From Octopus bimaculoides (Eukaryota), in assembly GCF_001194135.2 (NCBI RefSeq), contig NC_068986.1, positions 57,549,562-57,603,747 on the forward strand: a stretch of 54,186 nt of DNA, given 5' to 3'. Below, in pieces: positions 49,901-54,186 of the stretch. The notes beneath the pieces are model-generated. The model saw only the letters and a program-made list of their open reading frames with translations. It made no database searches and had not been told where the DNA came from. Position 1 is the first letter of the stretch. Each line of letters begins with the position of its first letter. The translations under genes and the position numbers were made by a program.

Positions 49901-51528
49901 AAGACTGAAAAACTAAGATTTTGATTAGCATCATAAATACTGTTTTAATTAAAACAAAATGACTTATATTCTCCAAGTAATTTCTGCTCAGTGCTGCTAT
50001 TCTCCAAGTAATTTCTGAATGACTTTATGAAGATTTTGTTGCTGTTTTGCTTCAGATCAGACCTGATTGAACACACCAATGAGCAAAGGTAATTTTGTGA
50101 GCACCCCAATTTTGTTTATAATCATATAATCTCTAGAACTCCATTACACTCTATCTGACTTCCCCTTTAAGGGTGGTAGGATGTGACATAGAAGAGTTAA
50201 AGGCTATCTGTAGCCAGTTCAGTGCTTAAGTTTAGAAAGTGATGTTGTATATAGGTGTTAGCAGTGATCTTCTATAGCTTCTAGTGCTGAATTCAAATAC
50301 TACTTAGTATATAACTTGGTATGAGATGAGTATCGTCAAACTGGCTTGCCCTAGATACACTACGCAGATGAGAAACCTCCTGCGGTGATCCACTGATATA
50401 ACGCGTTAGGAGTCTCAGCAAAATCACTGCTATGAATACCACCACCAGCAACAACAAAACCCCTTCACCACCACTACCACCACCTCCACCAATAACAGCA
50501 ACAACAACAACAACTTCACTATCACCAACAACAAATACAACGGTAACAGCTTCCTCTCTACCTTCTCACACCGTCTCTGACTAACAAATATTGCATTAAG
50601 AAAACTGAGACCCATTCGGAACAGTATGAATGTGTGAGTATCTCAGTAACTTATTCCCAGATGCGCAAGCGATTAGAAGGCGGGGTTGAAATCCAACGAC
50701 TAAATTTCCATAATTCGAGAACATAATATACATAAAACATATGTGAGATTAGGTTTAATGTATCAAACGTGATTAATTTGAATTACATATCGGTGAATGA
50801 TACCAGCTAGTTTGATTGGAACGGGTTTGGGTTGGTAAAAAAGCTTAATGGCAAATACTAGTTTCTTTTATAAGGCAACCAACAAATTTAGTAGTCGATG
50901 TTGTTTATTGTCATTTGAATTATTTTAGTAAATATGGAGCTAACTACTATATTTACGATCTTTATTCTTACCGCATCAGTGAAGTACAGATTTCATTGCA
51001 CTTGCTTCGATAAGACTGAAAAATCTTTGTAAACTTACTTGATTGTATCGTTGCTTGAAGAATAATTAACTCTATGACAGCATCCACACGAAAAAATGAT
51101 GGTTAAGTTAGTGTTAGCAGAGAACGCTTAAAATCTAACTAGATGTAATTCCGAACTGAGAAAACCAATATAAGCGAATGACAAATATTATTTCGTCTAT
51201 CGATAAGTTCTGAAGTCAACCCTGGACATCTTTCCATATCATCATGTTCTTATCAGCGATGTATAGCATTCACTGTACTTGCTAAAGTATTGACTAAAGC
51301 AGTAGTAGGCCTGTCAAGGAATGGAACAACGCAATACACAAGGATTTTTGTTCATTTTCATGTGTCTTGATTCTGCTTGCACTGACGATTAAAAAGTGCA
51401 TTTTGTGCACTAATTATGAAATCATATGATCGTATCATATCGATCGCATTTAAATGAAACAATTGTAACCTGCAGTAAGAACTGACTTACCCACAACATT
51501 GTACTCTATAATTGCACAAACACACACA

Positions 51529-51561
<33 letters not shown>

Positions 51562-51724
51562 TTAAAACAATTTTATTTGGCCCCTTTCAACTTAAATTTT
51601 AGGTTCCTATAACGAAACTTGGAAACTTTAAGATGCTGGAGCCGAATAAAAGTCTTTTGAATAAAGATTTACTACATATATNNNNNNNNNNNNNNNNNNN
51701 NNNNNNNNNNNNNNNNTATATATA

Positions 51725-51877
51725 TATATATATATGCTGGAGCACCGCCTGGAAGGGTTTAAGTCTGGTATTTAGTCTGCTCTTTAGTCTCTCTTTGCCA
51801 AACCACAAGGTTACAAGGACGTAAACACACTTACCGGTTGACAAGCGGTGTCGGGAAACAAGCACAGGCATAAAAGC

Positions 51878-51918
<41 letters not shown>

Positions 51919-52140
51919 TAGATATATACATATATACTCTTTTACTCTTTTATACGTTTCAGTCATCTGACTGCGGCCATGCTGGAGTACCGCCTTTAGT
52001 CGAAGAAATGGAAGCCCAGATCTTATTCTTTGTAAGTCTAGAACCTATTTATCGTTCACTTTTGCTGAACCATTAATTTTGGTGGACATGAACACACCAA
52101 CATGAGTTGCCAAGCGACGCTGGGAGTCAAACACACACTC
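51725..52140 (-). mobile_element. Two 3' SINE fragments (14787 family)
   Basis: ACTCTTTTACTCTTTT...CAGTCATCTGACTGCGGCCATGCTGGAG... and TGCTGGAGCACCGCC...GTAAACACAC. Confidence 0.75.
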
Positions 52141-54138
52141 AAAGACGCGCGCGCGCGCGCACACACACACACACTCACACACATAAATATATATACACAC
52201 ACACAATGTAGGGGGTTTAGTTCACAGTGATCTAAACGATTAGGTACGCTAGGTAAGTGATGCAACGGAGTACTGGGGCACCAAAGTTATAGCCGCGGCG
52301 GTAGTTATGGAGCCAATTCAGATTTCCGATGCAGCGTATATATAATTGTTAAACAGGACGTCAAACATTAAAGCAAGGCAAACATCTCAAGTCATATACA
52401 ATATTATTATAGGAAGATATTCAAAATCTTACAGCTGTTTCTTGGATATCCCCGGGTATATTCCGTCATCAGAGACAAATTGAGGAAAAATATGGTAAGT
52501 GAGAATGCGGAATTCTCCACTGATAGCACTTGCATGTGCGAGTTGTTTGCAAGACATATATCAATAAAATGACAACATAGAGGAAGGGAGTAAAAGAATA
52601 AGCAGATAGAAAGAGAGCGAAAAATAAAGAAACATAAAAGTTCATAGTTCAACTTTCCGAGTTATAGAAATCAAAGCAAAGGACTCATATATATTGCATT
52701 TGAAAAATTAGCAATCAATGAAACTTTTAACTTCAGCAAACGGTAGTTAGTCACTTGGTGAAGTCTATCATGTAATTGCTTCCCCGTGGCTAAACGTTGA
52801 TAATTTGCCTTGTGTATCTTTTTGTGAATGCGTTCTACAGTTTCTATCTCCTGTATTTCATAAGCAAATAGTAAACTGTGAGCGATAAATGTTTCCTTAT
52901 CATCTAAATTGTTATCGATGACTTTGTCATCAACCATAGCTATTGGTATGAATATGTCAGACAATATGTCTACGCATGCTCAGGACCTTCATAACATGGT
53001 CTCTAACGCTGTAACTATGTAGCGTTCAGCAAATGACATAAATATCCTGTTGTAGTTAAATATTCTTAAATGATATGGAATAAATCCGTAACTAATAACA
53101 CTGCTGAAGCGTATAGAATTAAATTTCTTGTTCTGAGTTACGTTGCATCTTCTGTGAAAATGAAATCAGGGTTTAATATTTTGCCTATTATGTGTATGCT
53201 TACACCATTAGATAACTTCGTCATTGTGGATCTAACTGGAGCCTGTTAGATCCTATATTTCTTCAAACTATGCATTGTAGTGTAATGGCTTGGTCAAGAA
53301 CAGAACCTAAGAGCAGCCGTAGATAGGTGGCACGAAGGATGTCTTCAAACTGAAAATTTTGCCGAAACGTTTACTGTACAGTAGGCTCCATTAATAGTAC
53401 CCAAGAAAGAAATCTGGGGTTAAATCGGATTAACACTAAGACCTAAAATTCACAGGGGTCTTGCTGCCTCGCATCTTCACCTGTAACACCAAGATCTAGC
53501 TGGCTTGGTTAGCAATTGTGTTATATAAACAATCATATCTTGTGCTCGTGTCAGTTTGACAATTCCCAAAGAACTTTATGCATAACATAAGTAGGTTCTG
53601 TTGTCTAAATCCCAGAATGGTCCTATCATATCAAAACGTTGCTGGGGATATAATAATTTATTTTCTTGTTAATTGTATTTTCTAATTGCAGAAAATCTGG
53701 ATTTCAAATTCCTACATATTTTGGTTGTAGTGGAGCCGCGTATTTCAGAATCGTTTGAGCATCGGACAAATTACTTTGTGAAATTTAATTGTTAATTCTT
53801 ATTCAGTTTTAAGTTCGAATTGGCCTTTCGTCCCACGCCAAAGTTGATAATTTAAGTATCATCTACATACACATATATATAAAAGCATACATATAAAAGC
53901 ATATACGCATATATGCAGATGCATTACTACATCTAAAGATAGCAGTTTATGGTGTTCAACATGGATACAATATATGCCCGTGTGTGAACGTGGGTGTGTC
54001 ATTAAATATTACAGACACAGACATAGGAAATTACACAAATCAAAAATCATATACAAAAGACAAAGCCATGCGTGTATTTTTTATGTGAATATATCTATTT
54101 ATATGTAAATTGGAATATACCTGTTTGGAATAATATAC

Positions 54139-54186
<48 letters not shown>

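Noticed and set aside
49966-50017. 20-bp direct repeat TATTCTCCAAGTAATTTCTG
   Set aside because: Small local duplication with no associated structure.
50431-50583. Pro/Thr-rich 50-aa ORF
   Set aside because: Low-complexity (CAC/CAA)n sequence.

Overview
Eukaryotic, AT-rich, gap-riddled genomic DNA made of microsatellites and decayed transposons. The SINE repertoire and microsatellite load suggest an octopus or other cephalopod scaffold (inference). No intact host gene can be supported. Recognisable elements: a Penelope-like element (PLE; RT plus C-terminal GIY-YIG endonuclease, 2186-4366, minus) and a second degenerate copy (25683-26410); a full-length but inactivated DD34D mariner (31610-32889); two other mariner relics; a mariner-derived MITE built from two 3' ends; a long-TIR foldback MITE; a Helitron deletion derivative retaining the helicase C-terminus (20060-21153); an R4/Dong-type LINE 3' end; an RT-less Tx1/L1-type LINE; and many tRNA-derived SINEs, including a five-copy head-to-tail array. 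The most interesting signal is a set of five hammerhead-ribozyme-like motifs found by eye, in short modules bounded by microsatellites and lying next to the two PLE copies. Several have non-canonical cores (CCGAUG-, CAAUGA). The PLE RT also carries an unusually long insert between motifs A and B'. Most long ORFs in the supplied track are artefacts of N-gaps and microsatellites.
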